From positions 29,172 to 93,171 of the IMG/VR virus record IMGVR_UViG_3300029822_000003: a DNA stretch of 64,000 bases, one strand, 5' to 3'. Both the position numbers and the translations under genes were made by a program. Positions within the stretch are counted from its first letter, which is position 1, and every line of letters starts with the position of its first letter. The notes under the pieces were generated by a model, which was not told where the DNA came from, did no database searches, and was given only the letters and a program-made list of their open reading frames with translations. The stretch comes from a virus. Below, one piece after another: positions 33,187 to 44,741 of the stretch.

Positions 33187-34727
33187 TAGTCTGGGATTGT
33201 GATGCTAATATTATTTGGTTTTCTAAACCTTTCACAGCCATAACGCAAACTGTCGCACGCATCATCATTGACCTTAACCGGTTTTGGCAGTCTTTCCCCT
33301 GTCTTCTTATCTTTCTCCCATTGATAGGATTCTAACTCATTCTTTAGTCCAATACAGCTTTTATCTACATACATACCACGCTCTTGTATCCATTCTATCC
33401 CTTCCATTACACTATTAGTTCCCTTAGTGCAAGCCCTAATTCCATTAATTCCTTGTCTTTTCATTTCTTCTATTGCTTCAGGTCTTGCATTGTCTGCGTA
33501 TATTTTTATGTCATTGTAAGCTGGGCCTATAGAATTTTGTATCTCCCTTTCTATGTACTTCCAGTTTATATCCCGCTCATATACTTTTTCTCTCTGAAAT
33601 ATTTCTAGGTTACATGCTTTTGCGTATTTTTTTTTAACCAAATAAAATAGTTGCATACTTTTTGATATATCTGAACCACTATCTATATATTTTTTTAACT
33701 TCTCAATTTCTTCTTTTACCCAAGGAAATATCTTTTTTAACTCATTTGCTATATCTATGGCTGTGAGCTTAGGCTTATACAATTCTTTTAGAATATATAA
33801 ATCATCATCCTTTATGCCTATCTGATGGAATGCTGTATGATGTTCCCATCCAAAATCCAATCCATAGGAAATATCGTCATACCAAGATAAATCTTTGTTG
33901 CAGTCTATTACTTCCCAATTTTCATATATAAGTTCACCAAGTACGCCCCAGTTTCCGTTGCACTGTACACCATATTTTCTAGGGTTGCGGAGTTTCATTT
34001 TATTTCTAAGTTTTTCATCTTTATACTGGCCATTATAATATTTGTTGTCTCTCCAAGTGGTTTTTAATATAAACGTGTTCTCTGGTTCCAATACATTATC
34101 TTTCCATATTTCCTCACTCATATCTATTCCATTTTGAAAGAAGTATGTACGAATCCAATGCGTTTTAAATATAGGGTTAAACATCATAAATACTTTTAAT
34201 TCCTTACCCCAGGCATGGTTGCCTGGCGGTGTGCCCCTTAATCTATCTTGTATATCTTCCAAGTCTTCTTGTGTAAAGTCTGTTACTTCTTCTAGTACAA
34301 GTACATTTACATTATCAATACCCTTCAGCTTTTCTGGATTATCATATCCGGTCATTCTTATAATAGAGCCACTAGCAAATTTAATATGTTTTAGAGTTCT
34401 GTTATAAGTAAAGTCTCTGCCCTCTACAAGACCATGGCTTGAATGAATATTTTTAAAATACTTTGTCATTATATTTAATATAGGAATTTCAACTGTGTTT
34501 TTTAATGTGGTTGCATACTTTCTAGCTATGAGAATATCAAAAGTAGAATGGCATACACACATTTCAATTAGTTTGGACCATATGCTGAATGACTTACTGG
34601 AACCTGTGCCCCCATAGAATATATTATATTTCTTAGGGATGTACCCAGGTTCAAACATAAATCTATATTTTTCGTTTACATAAGGCCGCCGCAGCCTAAT
34701 CTTCTTTTTTATCTTCATCAGTACCAC
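33186..34727 (-). CDS. terL: Terminase large subunit, PBSX family
   Basis: YGGTGSSKS Walker A, LVLEE Walker B, FNP, GLDFGW, DNARPE, DDACDSLRY. Confidence 0.93.
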   Translation of the reverse strand: MVLMKIKKKIRLRRPYVNEKYRFMFEPGYIPKKYNIFYGGTGSSKSFSIWSKLIEMCVCHSTFDILIARKYATTLKNTVEIPILNIMTKYFKNIHSSHGLVEGRDFTYNRTLKHIKFASGSIIRMTGYDNPEKLKGIDNVNVLVLEEVTDFTQEDLEDIQDRLRGTPPGNHAWGKELKVFMMFNPIFKTHWIRTYFFQNGIDMSEEIWKDNVLEPENTFILKTTWRDNKYYNGQYKDEKLRNKMKLRNPRKYGVQCNGNWGVLGELIYENWEVIDCNKDLSWYDDISYGLDFGWEHHTAFHQIGIKDDDLYILKELYKPKLTAIDIANELKKIFPWVKEEIEKLKKYIDSGSDISKSMQLFYLVKKKYAKACNLEIFQREKVYERDINWKYIEREIQNSIGPAYNDIKIYADNARPEAIEEMKRQGINGIRACTKGTNSVMEGIEWIQERGMYVDKSCIGLKNELESYQWEKDKKTGERLPKPVKVNDDACDSLRYGCERFRKPNNISITIPD

Positions 34728-35613
34728 CTTCTACAGCATATTCAATGTCATCGTCCAAGGTATCTGCACTCTTTTCTGCAAGTTCCATCTTCCTACGTTC
34801 AATATCAAGTTTAGCTTGTGTAGGCTTATCCAGTAGCCCTTGATATTTAGCTAAGAATTCTAGTGCGAACTTCTTATCCATAAGCTTTAATTTAATACCA
34901 TCTTTTCCCTCGCTTACTTCTGTGACAAGTGTCCCATCCACTTTAGATGAATCATTTAGTATTACATAGTTATCAATGTAATACCTTGGATTGCCGTCTT
35001 GGTCGAGTTTTTGTTCACCTGTTTTCTTATCTATTACCGGAATCTTCTTATGTCCATACTCCATGAAGTCGTTCATATCACTTAATGCTATATCTATATA
35101 CTTTTGCAAAAGGTCTTGTATAGATAACATAGCTCCTTTGAATTTATCAGCCTTTAAACGCTGTATTTCCGCTCTAATTCTATCATTGCCTATCAGTCTT
35201 GGTCCGTTGGCTGTCGCTGACATATAATCACATCCATAGGCTTTCTGGTATGCCTTTGTTGCATTAAAGCATTTTATATAATACATGCAGAATAATTTCT
35301 GTTTATCATTTAACTCTTTATTTTCAAGAACTTTTTCTACTGCTTTATCTATAACTTTATTCTCAATTTTTCCTTCTTCTTTTTCCTGTGCAACCTCTTT
35401 GTTTTGTTTCGCAACCGCTTTTTTCTGTTTCTTTGTACTGGTTGCAACCTTAAACCATTTATTTCCGTTATCTTTATCTCTTTTAGCCCAGCTTTTTATA
35501 GTCCCTAGTTTTACATTGTATTTATCCGCTAGTTCCTTGAAGCTTCCCTCTCCATGTTCATAAGCTGATCTTATTTGCTCTTTTATGTCTTCCATCCTTT
35601 TCACCTCTTGCAA
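34696..35613 (-). CDS. terS: Terminase small subunit with N-terminal HTH
   Basis: LNDKQKLFC..Y...FNATKAY.KAY; N-terminal LADKYNV..GTIKSW.KR. Confidence 0.88.
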   Translation of the reverse strand: MQEVKRMEDIKEQIRSAYEHGEGSFKELADKYNVKLGTIKSWAKRDKDNGNKWFKVATSTKKQKKAVAKQNKEVAQEKEEGKIENKVIDKAVEKVLENKELNDKQKLFCMYYIKCFNATKAYQKAYGCDYMSATANGPRLIGNDRIRAEIQRLKADKFKGAMLSIQDLLQKYIDIALSDMNDFMEYGHKKIPVIDKKTGEQKLDQDGNPRYYIDNYVILNDSSKVDGTLVTEVSEGKDGIKLKLMDKKFALEFLAKYQGLLDKPTQAKLDIERRKMELAEKSADTLDDDIEYAVEGGTDEDKKED

Positions 35614-36349
35614 CCGAATATATTATTTCTTACTTATATTGTAAATTAAATTTGTGTAGGTTGCAGAAAATAGGTTGCGTGTAAAATTCATAGTGTCAGT
35701 TTGACGTATAACCGCTTTTATTTAATTTAGTAATGTAATTATACCTTTTAATTATAAAGTGCCTTATTTAGCTTGTATTTTAGGCGTAAAAAAAGAACAC
35801 CCTTGAAGTGCTCTTTTAATGCTATTCTTGTTTGACATATATAATAAAGAATGATAATATAATATTAAGTTTTAGATTTCCTATAAGGAATTGAAACATT
35901 TTTAAAAAAATTTTTAATTTTAAGAGGGAGTGTAGTTTTCTATACTCCTTCTTTCATATATTTAAATGCATTTCTCTTTAACTTCTATCTTATTAAATTT
36001 ATCTTTATTTTCATCTATATTTATACCACTAGGTATTAAACACATCCAATATTGTATAAAATGATTAGCTTTCGCTTCTAATAAATCACCTTTAAAATCT
36101 CTAAGTTTTTTAATTACCCTATACAGGGTGTTATTATCTTTAAATTTCAGCAATAACCCATTCATAGGTTTTACTATTGTGGCGTTTTCGCTTTGAAACA
36201 AAACTACATTACCCGTTGTTTTATGTGCATATATAGCTTCTATCCCCATAAAACACATATCTATAACTGGGTTTCCTTTCTTTGTGATATTCAATTCCTT
36301 TACAAAAATTTTAGTACCATCCTCTGTTACAAAATTTTTTGTTTCCATT

Positions 36350-36778
36350 TTAATTTCCCCCTAAAAATAATAATCTATCTATAAATTTACTTTCCGAATA
36401 GAAAAAACTACTCGGAGGTTTAAACTCACCTTCTTTATACTGGTCTTTATATATCCAGCAGAAACCTCCTGCTGTTTTTGTATTTCCTTTGATGCAATGA
36501 TCTATATTACTTATAGACACTTTCGATAGTTTTGCAGCGGTAGCAAGGTCTTGATAATCCATAATCACTTTTCCTGTTTTTCTATCTAACTTCAAAACGT
36601 GTCTGTGATTATATGAACTAGATGGATGCTCGCAGCTTAAATCCGATACATATTTATGTACCGTATTCCTAGACCATCCTGTTTCTTTTACAGTTTTTTC
36701 GATACTTTTACATTGAATATAAGTTTGCCTTATATCTTCAATGTCTTTTTGAGTAGCACGTTTTGTACATTTATTCAT
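36350..36778 (-). CDS. HTH plus NUMOD1-domain protein
   Basis: V...D..TG.VI..Y.....AA......SNI..C.KG..KTAGGF.W.Y. Confidence 0.65.
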   Translation of the reverse strand: MNKCTKRATQKDIEDIRQTYIQCKSIEKTVKETGWSRNTVHKYVSDLSCEHPSSSYNHRHVLKLDRKTGKVIMDYQDLATAAKLSKVSISNIDHCIKGNTKTAGGFCWIYKDQYKEGEFKPPSSFFYSESKFIDRLLFLGGN

Positions 36779-36913
36779 TTATATTTACCCCTTTCTTTAT
36801 TACAATTATAGTATATATCATTTTAAACATAATGTCAACTAAAATCAACAAAGTGCTTAAAATACTTTTCATTTTGCTAATTTTGATATATAATGTATTT
36901 AGGAGGTACTCTA

Positions 36914-37126
36914 ATGAAAATAATAAAGGTAAATTTAGAAGTAGAAATGGCTAAAGCTAAAATCAAGAGCATTAGTGAACTGGCAAGGAGAACAGGTATA
37001 AGTAGATATAGCTTAACTAAATATTGCTCTCCAGAAGGAATGGCAGATATAACCCTAAAAAATCTTCTCAAAATATGTACTGTTTTGAAATGTGATATAA
37101 ATGATATTATTGAAATAGAAAAATAG
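36914..37126 (+). CDS. Cro/C1-type HTH regulator
   Basis: SISELARRTGISR..L....L.KIC..L.CDINDIIE; GGAGG RBS. Confidence 0.8.
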   Translation: MKIIKVNLEVEMAKAKIKSISELARRTGISRYSLTKYCSPEGMADITLKNLLKICTVLKCDINDIIEIEK

Positions 37127-37144
37127 AGGGAAAAATAATTCTCT

Positions 37145-37576
37145 CTATTTAGGTTCTCCATATAATCTTTTCATGGCAGCTATAGTTACTTTCCAGTCCC
37201 TACCTTCTTTTTTACACTCTTCTTTTTTTATTCTCCCGTCGAATATAGCACGCCTAATTGTGCTATCTTTCAGCCCCCATTTCTCTGTGGCTTCTGTAGC
37301 AAGTATGAATTCATGCTGTTCAAACCACTCTGGACTTCCTTTCTCTATATTAGCTTTAAACCATACTAAATTTTCTTTCTCTATAATAGGCTCAAATTTT
37401 TCATCATAAACTTTTCTAGCAGCTTCAATCATTTCTTTTAAACTGTTTTCGCTCCTTTCGCTATAGAAGTTTAAATCTTGATACATCTCCTCTATTTTCT
37501 TTGTCATTTCTTGTATTTGGTAGTCCAATGCTCCAGCAATAATATCAAAGTCTTCCCTAGTAAGTTCTATTTTCAT
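37145..37576 (-). CDS. Protein with C-terminal winged HTH domain
   Basis: TEA.EKWGL..STIR.AI..GR....EC.K.GR.W.VT..AM.RLYG. Confidence 0.65.
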   Translation of the reverse strand: MKIELTREDFDIIAGALDYQIQEMTKKIEEMYQDLNFYSERSENSLKEMIEAARKVYDEKFEPIIEKENLVWFKANIEKGSPEWFEQHEFILATEATEKWGLKDSTIRRAIFDGRIKKEECKKEGRDWKVTIAAMKRLYGEPK

Positions 37577-37639
37577 ATTGTCCTCCTTTTACGGTTTTCT
37601 GGATTACCGTGAACCATATTTTTAATAAAAAGTTATTTT

Positions 37640-38389
37640 TTATAATTTCCACATGTGAAACGGGTTGGTAATGCTTACTTTCTCTTTTTTACCTCGATTC
37701 CAGAACCCATCATAATACATATATAATGTATCTTTTGCAAAAGTATACTCAGCTCTATATTCTTCATTTGTTCTTTTACTGAAATCTCCCCATCCTATGA
37801 TTATTTTATCGTCTGTGATCTGGACACATTGTCCAAAGTCAATACGATTATTTATATATTTAAATTCTCGATTAGCTATGGTAGTCATTGCAAGAATATA
37901 GTTTTCTATTTTCTTTCTATATTCTCCATCGGAGAAATTTTGGACAATAGAGGAAGAGCATAAGTCATTTTGTAATTTATATTTGTAATATGCGGACATT
38001 TTTTCTGTGTTCGCATAAAATGTATCAACGCTATCTATAACTATTTCATTCGTTATTTCGCACCATTTACAAGAGATACACGCAATAGTGTCTCCGTCTG
38101 GTAAAATATATTCATCATTGGATCGACATTCATATTCACGAGGACAATATTGATCTTCCTCTACATGAATATTAACAATAAGCAAAGGAGATGATTTACA
38201 TTTTTCCCCTGTATAACAGATATATTTATACCTTTCATAGTCTTGTGATGCTTCTATTGTAAGTGATTCATCTGAAATCTTTTTATATATTTCTCTTATC
38301 TTTTCTTGAAGTTCTTTAAGAGAAAGAGTTTGAGTATCAATATTTTTTACATCTTTTTTTATGTCGTCCACAGTTAGCCAATTTATCAT
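37640..38389 (-). CDS. Hypothetical protein
   Basis: Long ORF; start at MINWLT after AAGGAGG. Confidence 0.6.
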   Translation of the reverse strand: MINWLTVDDIKKDVKNIDTQTLSLKELQEKIREIYKKISDESLTIEASQDYERYKYICYTGEKCKSSPLLIVNIHVEEDQYCPREYECRSNDEYILPDGDTIACISCKWCEITNEIVIDSVDTFYANTEKMSAYYKYKLQNDLCSSSIVQNFSDGEYRKKIENYILAMTTIANREFKYINNRIDFGQCVQITDDKIIIGWGDFSKRTNEEYRAEYTFAKDTLYMYYDGFWNRGKKEKVSITNPFHMWKL

Positions 38390-38437
38390 AATAGCCTCCT
38401 TAAATACGGTTTTTATGGCTGACCGCAAACCATATTT

Positions 38438-38872
38438 TTAATATCTATCTGCAAAAGCTTTTTCTGTTCCTATATCAAAGCAATATCTATTAAGTTTCTT
38501 TTTCATATCTGCCCTTGCAAGTGATATAATCGAGTGATCTTTCAAGTCAATCCAATTTGAAGCACTTTCAATAGAAAAAATTCTTTCAGTTGCACTAGTA
38601 AGTTCGGCGACATATTTCTGATTTTTAGCATCTTTCATATCTTCTTTTTCTTTTTCCCAAGCTGCCATTTTTTCGCTTCTGATTTTTTCAGCCCAAGCAA
38701 TTTGCTTTTCGCTTCCTACTAACTCTACCATTATGTTTTCTACCTCCTCAATTTTAGAAAGGAGATATTTAACATCTAATCCAAACTGGAATTTATAATC
38801 TACTTCTGGATATTCTCTTTTTATCTCCTTTGCCATCTTGTGAGCATCACTTGCTAATTTCTTATTAAACAT
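38438..38872 (-). CDS. Conserved phage protein (L.GSEKQIAWA..IR motif)
   Basis: Motif; own promoter/RBS cassette. Confidence 0.6.
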   Translation of the reverse strand: MFNKKLASDAHKMAKEIKREYPEVDYKFQFGLDVKYLLSKIEEVENIMVELVGSEKQIAWAEKIRSEKMAAWEKEKEDMKDAKNQKYVAELTSATERIFSIESASNWIDLKDHSIISLARADMKKKLNRYCFDIGTEKAFADRY

Positions 38873-39345
38873 TTTAATATCCCCTTTCCTTATCTTCTCT
38901 TTTATTATATCACGTTAACGTTACGAAAGCAATAGTTTTTTAGAAATTTAAATAAAAAATAAGAGTACCTTTTTAGATACTCTTTAACTGGATTTTTCAC
39001 ATATTTCAACTATCCTTTAGATTACTTTTGCAGAACCTTTTTCAGTTCTTCATTTTCTTTTGTTTTCACTTCGTTCTCTTTTGTTTTTACTTCAAAATAT
39101 TTTGCTAGAGCTTCTATTGCATCTTTCTGTATATCTCTTAACTTGTCCATATTTTTATCTGCAATATGTTCTTCTGCATATACTATGTTATTTATTTCCT
39201 TATAGTATTTTACTGTTAGTTGTTCTAAGTTTCCTTTCTCTCCTAGCTTTTGTAATTCATCCATATATAACATCCCCTTTCTATTTACTATTTCTACAAA
39301 TAATTCTATTTTCCTGCAAGAAAAAAGAGATGCAATTAAGTATCT

Positions 39346-40014
39346 CTAATTATTTTTGATGTTGTGCTGCTCTAGAAACGGTTTAAATAATTTATCTTCT
39401 GCTGCCTTTCTTATCTTTACAGCATCTTCTTTTTCCTTATATCTGCCTAGAAAATACCACTTATTTTTAAAGCGTATTTCTGCTATCCATTTTTGCCTAC
39501 TCTTATCCCACCTTACACCAGTTATACCGCTTGTATTGCTGCTTATTATTTCTTTTCTACTTATTGCGGGTATATTAGTTCCTTCAATTATATTTTCCTT
39601 TAAGTGTACCTCTGTAGCCTTTTTTATATTCTCTTTAGATGTTTCTGATATTAAGCATCCACAGCTTTTAACTTTTCCGCTTGTTAAATCTCCCATGGAT
39701 ACATATGTTATTTCCCCACAATCACATTTGCATTTCCATATTATAGAGCCGTTACTAGATTTTTTGCTTGTAGGTTCTATTGTTGTTAAATTATTAAACT
39801 TTTTATTTCTTATATCTACGGGCTTGAATTGAGTTTCTTTGCCTAAGCATCCGCAGCTCTTTGTATTTCCACTAGTTAAGCAATCAGAACGTACCCATAA
39901 TTCATTTTTACAATCGCATCTGCAATAATAGTAGGTACGCTTATTTTCTCTTTTTCTTTTAAGCACAGTTAATCTATTAAATTTTTGCCCAGTTAAATCA
40001 ATTCCTTTTCCCAT
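39346..40014 (-). CDS. AP2-domain protein with two CxCDC repeats
   Basis: DLTGQKFNRL, 2x C.CDC...L.SG..KSCGC, NTSG.TGV.W.....KW.A.I.......LG.Y. Confidence 0.8.
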   Translation of the reverse strand: MGKGIDLTGQKFNRLTVLKRKRENKRTYYYCRCDCKNELWVRSDCLTSGNTKSCGCLGKETQFKPVDIRNKKFNNLTTIEPTSKKSSNGSIIWKCKCDCGEITYVSMGDLTSGKVKSCGCLISETSKENIKKATEVHLKENIIEGTNIPAISRKEIISSNTSGITGVRWDKSRQKWIAEIRFKNKWYFLGRYKEKEDAVKIRKAAEDKLFKPFLEQHNIKNN

Positions 40015-41284
40015 TTTGTTTACCTTCTAATTTTATACTTATATATATTATTCCCTATATTGTAATAAAATCCTTTATATAAAAAAGAGATACTATTTAG
40101 AGTACCTCTTGTAATTCCATTTTCCATAAAACTTTATATACTTATTGTTTTGATTCTATTGATACAATTTCTTTTTTACTATTTGTAACCACGTAGAAAT
40201 ATTGTTTTATAGTGTTTTGTATAATACCGTATTTAGATTCTTTATTGATTTTTTTACTTTTTTCTACTAAGATTGTGTCTCCCCCATATGGACTATCATG
40301 GCAAACATTATTAGAAGATAAAATTTCCCCTTTAGTAACGCCATATTCCTCTATTTGTTTATCTGTTAACGGAATTGGGGAATTCGCAATAAATATTTCT
40401 TTGCTACTATCATTTGTAGCATATTGTGGAAGCCATGCTGTAGTGGAAACAAATTCTTTATACCCGCACTTTTTGCATTTATGATATATGCCAGAGTGTA
40501 AACCACCCCAATCATTATTTTGTTGAAAATTCCCCCATTGGTGGTTACATCCACTTCTTTGTTCATCTATTTGGTCACGTAATTCTGTTACATACGCAAC
40601 TAATTTTCCTGCTTGTTCGGGTGCAACGTGTAATGAATATCCCTGTTCTTCTTCTATATCTTCTGGCCTAATATCTGAATAATTCTGATCCCATGGTATA
40701 ATTTCATCTTCCCTTTTAACAACCTTTAAATTTTCTATATTGAGATATACAGATTTTTTAAAGGTTTTCCCAAACTCTCTAATAGTGTCTCCAATCTGTA
40801 CAGACCAAACCCCTGCTTCTTTGTGATGTTTTACTTTAAACATAATAAAATTCCCCCTTTTGTTTGCTAATGAATTTTTATTTATCGTTTCTATAAATAT
40901 AGTTATAGCAATCTTCCATACTCCATACAGCAACTGGTTTTATAAATTCAGTAACATACTCATCTTGGTGTCCATTAACTCCAGTGTCGTCACCCTCAAA
41001 TACTAGTACAACATAGCTATCGTCAAACTGGTCAGCCCACTCCCAAACACCCTCTAAAGTGTCCATACAACTTTTACCTGGTAGAACTGCTTCATCTTCT
41101 GAAAGTCCATCATCTTCGCAATTTTCTATAGCTTCTTCTTCAGAACCATATATCATTCCCCAACTTTTAGAATCTTGATCTAATTCCCAGTTAGGATTTT
41201 GAAATCTAAAGAAAATGTTGCTATCCTCGTTAAATTTTTCTACCATTTCTTCTGTTGGCTTCCCAGTTACTTTATACATTCTTG

Positions 41285-41341
41285 ATATCCCCTTTCCTTA
41301 TCTACAATTATATTATACCACTGTGGTGGAATAAGTCAATA
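41285..41341 (-). promoter_or_regulatory. 57-bp promoter+RBS module, copy 1
   Basis: TTGACT-17-(TG)TATAAT...AAGGAAAGGGG; identical to 42061-42117. Confidence 0.8.
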
Positions 41342-41367
41342 GATTTTAGGAGATTTTTTAAATTATT

Positions 41368-41787
41368 TTAACTTTTGTGTTCTTCTTCCCACTGCCTTTC
41401 CAACTTTAACATCTCCTCAAATGCTATTTCCTTTTCCATTCCAACATAATTGCTAAAGTCTTCTCTAACTATCGGTTTTCCACAATCTGTACTTCCTGGC
41501 TGTATGTTTATATCTAAATCTTCATTTGCTTCCTCTGTAGCTTTTCTCCACTCGCAGTACATTCTATAAAGAACTTCCTGCGAAATTTTCTCTTTTCCTT
41601 CTATAAGATCTTCTATTCTACAACTTAAAGCTGTAGCAATTTTTAAAAGTGTCTCCCCTGCTGCCTTGTTTATATTTTTCTCTCCACTTTCGTACTTTGT
41701 TACAAGGCTCCTGCTAACACCACTAAGTTTAACTAAATCATTTTGACTAAGGCATCTTTCTCCTCTTATTTCTGCTAATTTTCCCAT
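41368..41787 (-). CDS. XRE-family HTH protein
   Basis: LSQ.DL..LSGVSRS.V.KYESG...L.KIA.AL.C.IEDL. Confidence 0.8.
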   Translation of the reverse strand: MGKLAEIRGERCLSQNDLVKLSGVSRSLVTKYESGEKNINKAAGETLLKIATALSCRIEDLIEGKEKISQEVLYRMYCEWRKATEEANEDLDINIQPGSTDCGKPIVREDFSNYVGMEKEIAFEEMLKLERQWEEEHKS

Positions 41788-42060
41788 CTATGCAGCCTCC
41801 TGTAAATTTACATAAAATCCTTTATTGTTCTGGTATCTGCTTCTAAAAGAACAAGTGTAATAAGCTCTTATTTTCCCATATCTTGACCATATATTGAACT
41901 TTACTTCTCCTTCTGGTTCTTGATACTCTTTTCTTAATTCCATTGCTTTTCTTGCTAGTTTCCATGCCATTTTTAATGCTATTGAAAAAGTGTTTTTTAA
42001 TTCTCTTTTTATTTCCCAAGCTTTCTTAAATATTTCTGATTTATTATATTTCATCTTTAC

Positions 42061-42117
42061 ATATCCCCTTTCCTTATCTACAATTATATTATACCACTGT
42101 GGTGGAATAAGTCAATA
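42061..42117 (-). promoter_or_regulatory. 57-bp promoter+RBS module, copy 2
   Basis: Identical to 41285-41341. Confidence 0.8.
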
Positions 42118-43619
42118 AGTTTTAGAGAATATTTTAAAAGTTTTTATTAAAAAAGTGCAGAAATTAATCTACACTTTCGTATTTTATATTCATTTTTATA
42201 AGTTGCACCAGAAGAATAGCTCTCTGTAAGTTTAGTCCTTCTCTATATAATCTTTCTACTTCATCTATCCAAAAATTTAAGTCCGTAGTTTAACCTCTAT
42301 TTTCGTACTTTTCTTTAAGCTTTAGATATTGCCTGTACTCATTTTCTTCCTGTTGCTTTTTATATTTTTCATCCTGTTTTTTTCTTTCTTTTTCAAGTTC
42401 TTTCTTGTATTCTTTAATTTCCTCATTTGTAATAATCTTCAACTTATTTAATTGCTTTCTTAGCCATTCATTCCCCAATATATATCTTCTAGCTGTAGGG
42501 GCTCTGTATATGCTTATTCCTTCATTATCATCCTCGTCTATTTCTGCATTGAATACAAATATACCTTTATCTTTAGTTACTATCGTCATGGCCTCTGCAA
42601 ATCTAGCAAAATGTGTAAATGCTATTTCTTTTCCAATTAAATCTTCTTCTTTATCTATAAAATACATCTTATTTAACCTCCCAAATTTTTCTATTTAAAT
42701 CTGCTACATCTAATTTATTATCTTTTATTAGAAATACTATATTAGCTGTTAAATCCCTCTTGGGTATAAAATTATCCCAATCTTTATGCTTTATTTTTCT
42801 ACTTCCTATTTTTGCTATTCTTATTGCAGCTTCTAAAGTAAAACATTTAGGTTCTATAAGTTTGAATTGAAGTTGCATCAATTTTTCTAAAGGCATGCAT
42901 TCATCATCAACAGTCAATTTTCCTTCAAGGTTATCTTTTTTATAAATAGCTTTTATATCTTTACCGTTTTTTATATAACATTGTCGTACACAGTGATGAT
43001 ATAAATAAAACTCTTGGCCTTCTTTTATTTCACTCTTCCTTATCATAGCAAGTATTTCATCACCATAATATAATCTAGGCTCTTTAGTTTCTCTAATAGC
43101 TTTTTTCATTAATCTTGACCTTTCACTGATTTTTCCGGTTCCATTGCAGAAATTACATAGGCTAATTCCATCCCCTTCAGTGTCTTTATCTTCATAATGT
43201 GATATAGTACGTCCTTTGCCTTGACAATAAGGGCATATATCATCATTTTTAAATTTAATATCTTTTATAGCATCATACCAACATTTTTTACAATTAGTAG
43301 TTGGGGTCTTGCACTCACCATCTTCAAGCCGAAATTCTTCTTTCAATCCGATTTTATTAGGGCATGCAATAGTAATAGATTTACCATTATCACACAACCA
43401 CAAGCATCCATCTTCATCTATGCAATTCATAAATTCTTCTCTTGTCATTTTCTTTGCTATTTCATTTATATCTAACATTTATCTTTCTCCTTTCTTTGTG
43501 CTAGGTGATAAAAGTACTAATATCATAACATCTACAAACCTTACATCTTGATTAAATACAAGTTTTGAAATACATATAATAATAACTATGGCAATTATAT
43601 CTCCAATAACTTTTTTCAT

Positions 43620-44126
43620 TTATTTACCTCCGACATATGTTTTATCTGTATATCCATATTTACATTTTCCTTTAAATCCTGTTGGATAAGGAATATTATA
43701 TTTTTTAAGTATCTCAAATATATCACATTCTTTATGATGCTTATTACAGTTTCTACAGTTACTATCTAGTAAATTTTCTATAATGCTTCTAAAGTCTACA
43801 TCATCTATAACTTTATAATCCGATTTTATATCCTCACCTATAAGCATTTTACCGTCATATTCTTTTGATAATTCTAATACCCTGGTATCTATATGTTTAA
43901 TTCTTTCCTTGCTTATTTTATGCTCTCTCATGGCTATATGAAGCCAATTTTCTATAAGTTGCCACGTATGGTTATTTGTTTCTGTTATAGAATTTTCTTT
44001 TTCTGTAGCTGCTTTGTGTAGTTCCCCTTCCATTTGCAATACTTTGCTTTCTACTTGCTTATTTATATAAGCTTTAATTTCCATTTGTTCTGCTATATTT
44101 AATTTAAGTAAAACATTTGAAACCAT
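43620..44126 (-). CDS. DUF5651-like Zn-binding phage protein
   Basis: C..C.....C.I...L....IP.......C.Y. Confidence 0.5.
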   Translation of the reverse strand: MVSNVLLKLNIAEQMEIKAYINKQVESKVLQMEGELHKAATEKENSITETNNHTWQLIENWLHIAMREHKISKERIKHIDTRVLELSKEYDGKMLIGEDIKSDYKVIDDVDFRSIIENLLDSNCRNCNKHHKECDIFEILKKYNIPYPTGFKGKCKYGYTDKTYVGGK

Positions 44127-44339
44127 GTTTACATCCCCTTCAAAACATTTTTATTTGTTCTGTTTGCTGTACTTTGGTAAAATCGGAGCATCCCATTGTT
44201 TTTAAATCTGCATCTTTAGCTACCCATCCGCATATATAGCCACTTTTACATTTTTTACATCCATATCTATAGCAATTAATAGTTCCCTCTTTTTTTAATT
44301 TATCTAAATTTTCACATTCATTACATGAATTAATCATAA

Positions 44340-44741
44340 TTACACCTCTTTTAAAACTTTTAAATCTACGTTTGGGTATCTAAGTTTGAATTGCTTGTAT
44401 GTTCTTTTCCATTGTTCAGATTCATAGCCTTTTGTGTCCTCTACCTCATATGTGCCATCATTATTTAATATAAGGAAGTCTGCTTTATAAGTAATACAAC
44501 GATTTTTCTCATTTCCTTCCTGCAATATGAACTGAGGCTGGAGAATAAATCCAGAAATTTCCCCAGAGTTAAATAATATTTTTAGCTGACAATACCTTCT
44601 CATCTCTAGTTGGCTCCTAAAGTACAATCCATCATACCAAGTGCCTTTATTCTTGTATTTCTGGACTTTTGCTTTAGGCTTTTCTATTTTGTGGTCACGC
44701 CTTTTTAGGTATGCATCTAATTCCTCTTGCGTCCAGTTCAT
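44340..44741 (-). CDS. DUF1064 PD-(D/E)XK nuclease (putative resolvase)
   Basis: KYKNK...DG..F.S..E..RY..L; LQPQF.LQ; Y.ADF; VEDTKG. Confidence 0.8.
   Translation of the reverse strand: MNWTQEELDAYLKRRDHKIEKPKAKVQKYKNKGTWYDGLYFRSQLEMRRYCQLKILFNSGEISGFILQPQFILQEGNEKNRCITYKADFLILNNDGTYEVEDTKGYESEQWKRTYKQFKLRYPNVDLKVLKEV

Noticed and set aside
37591-38433. Leader pseudoknots as preQ1-I riboswitches
   Set aside because: Stem 2 is fully pre-paired and does not include the SD, the A-tract is short, and the downstream genes are unrelated to queuosine. Not formally excluded without Rfam.
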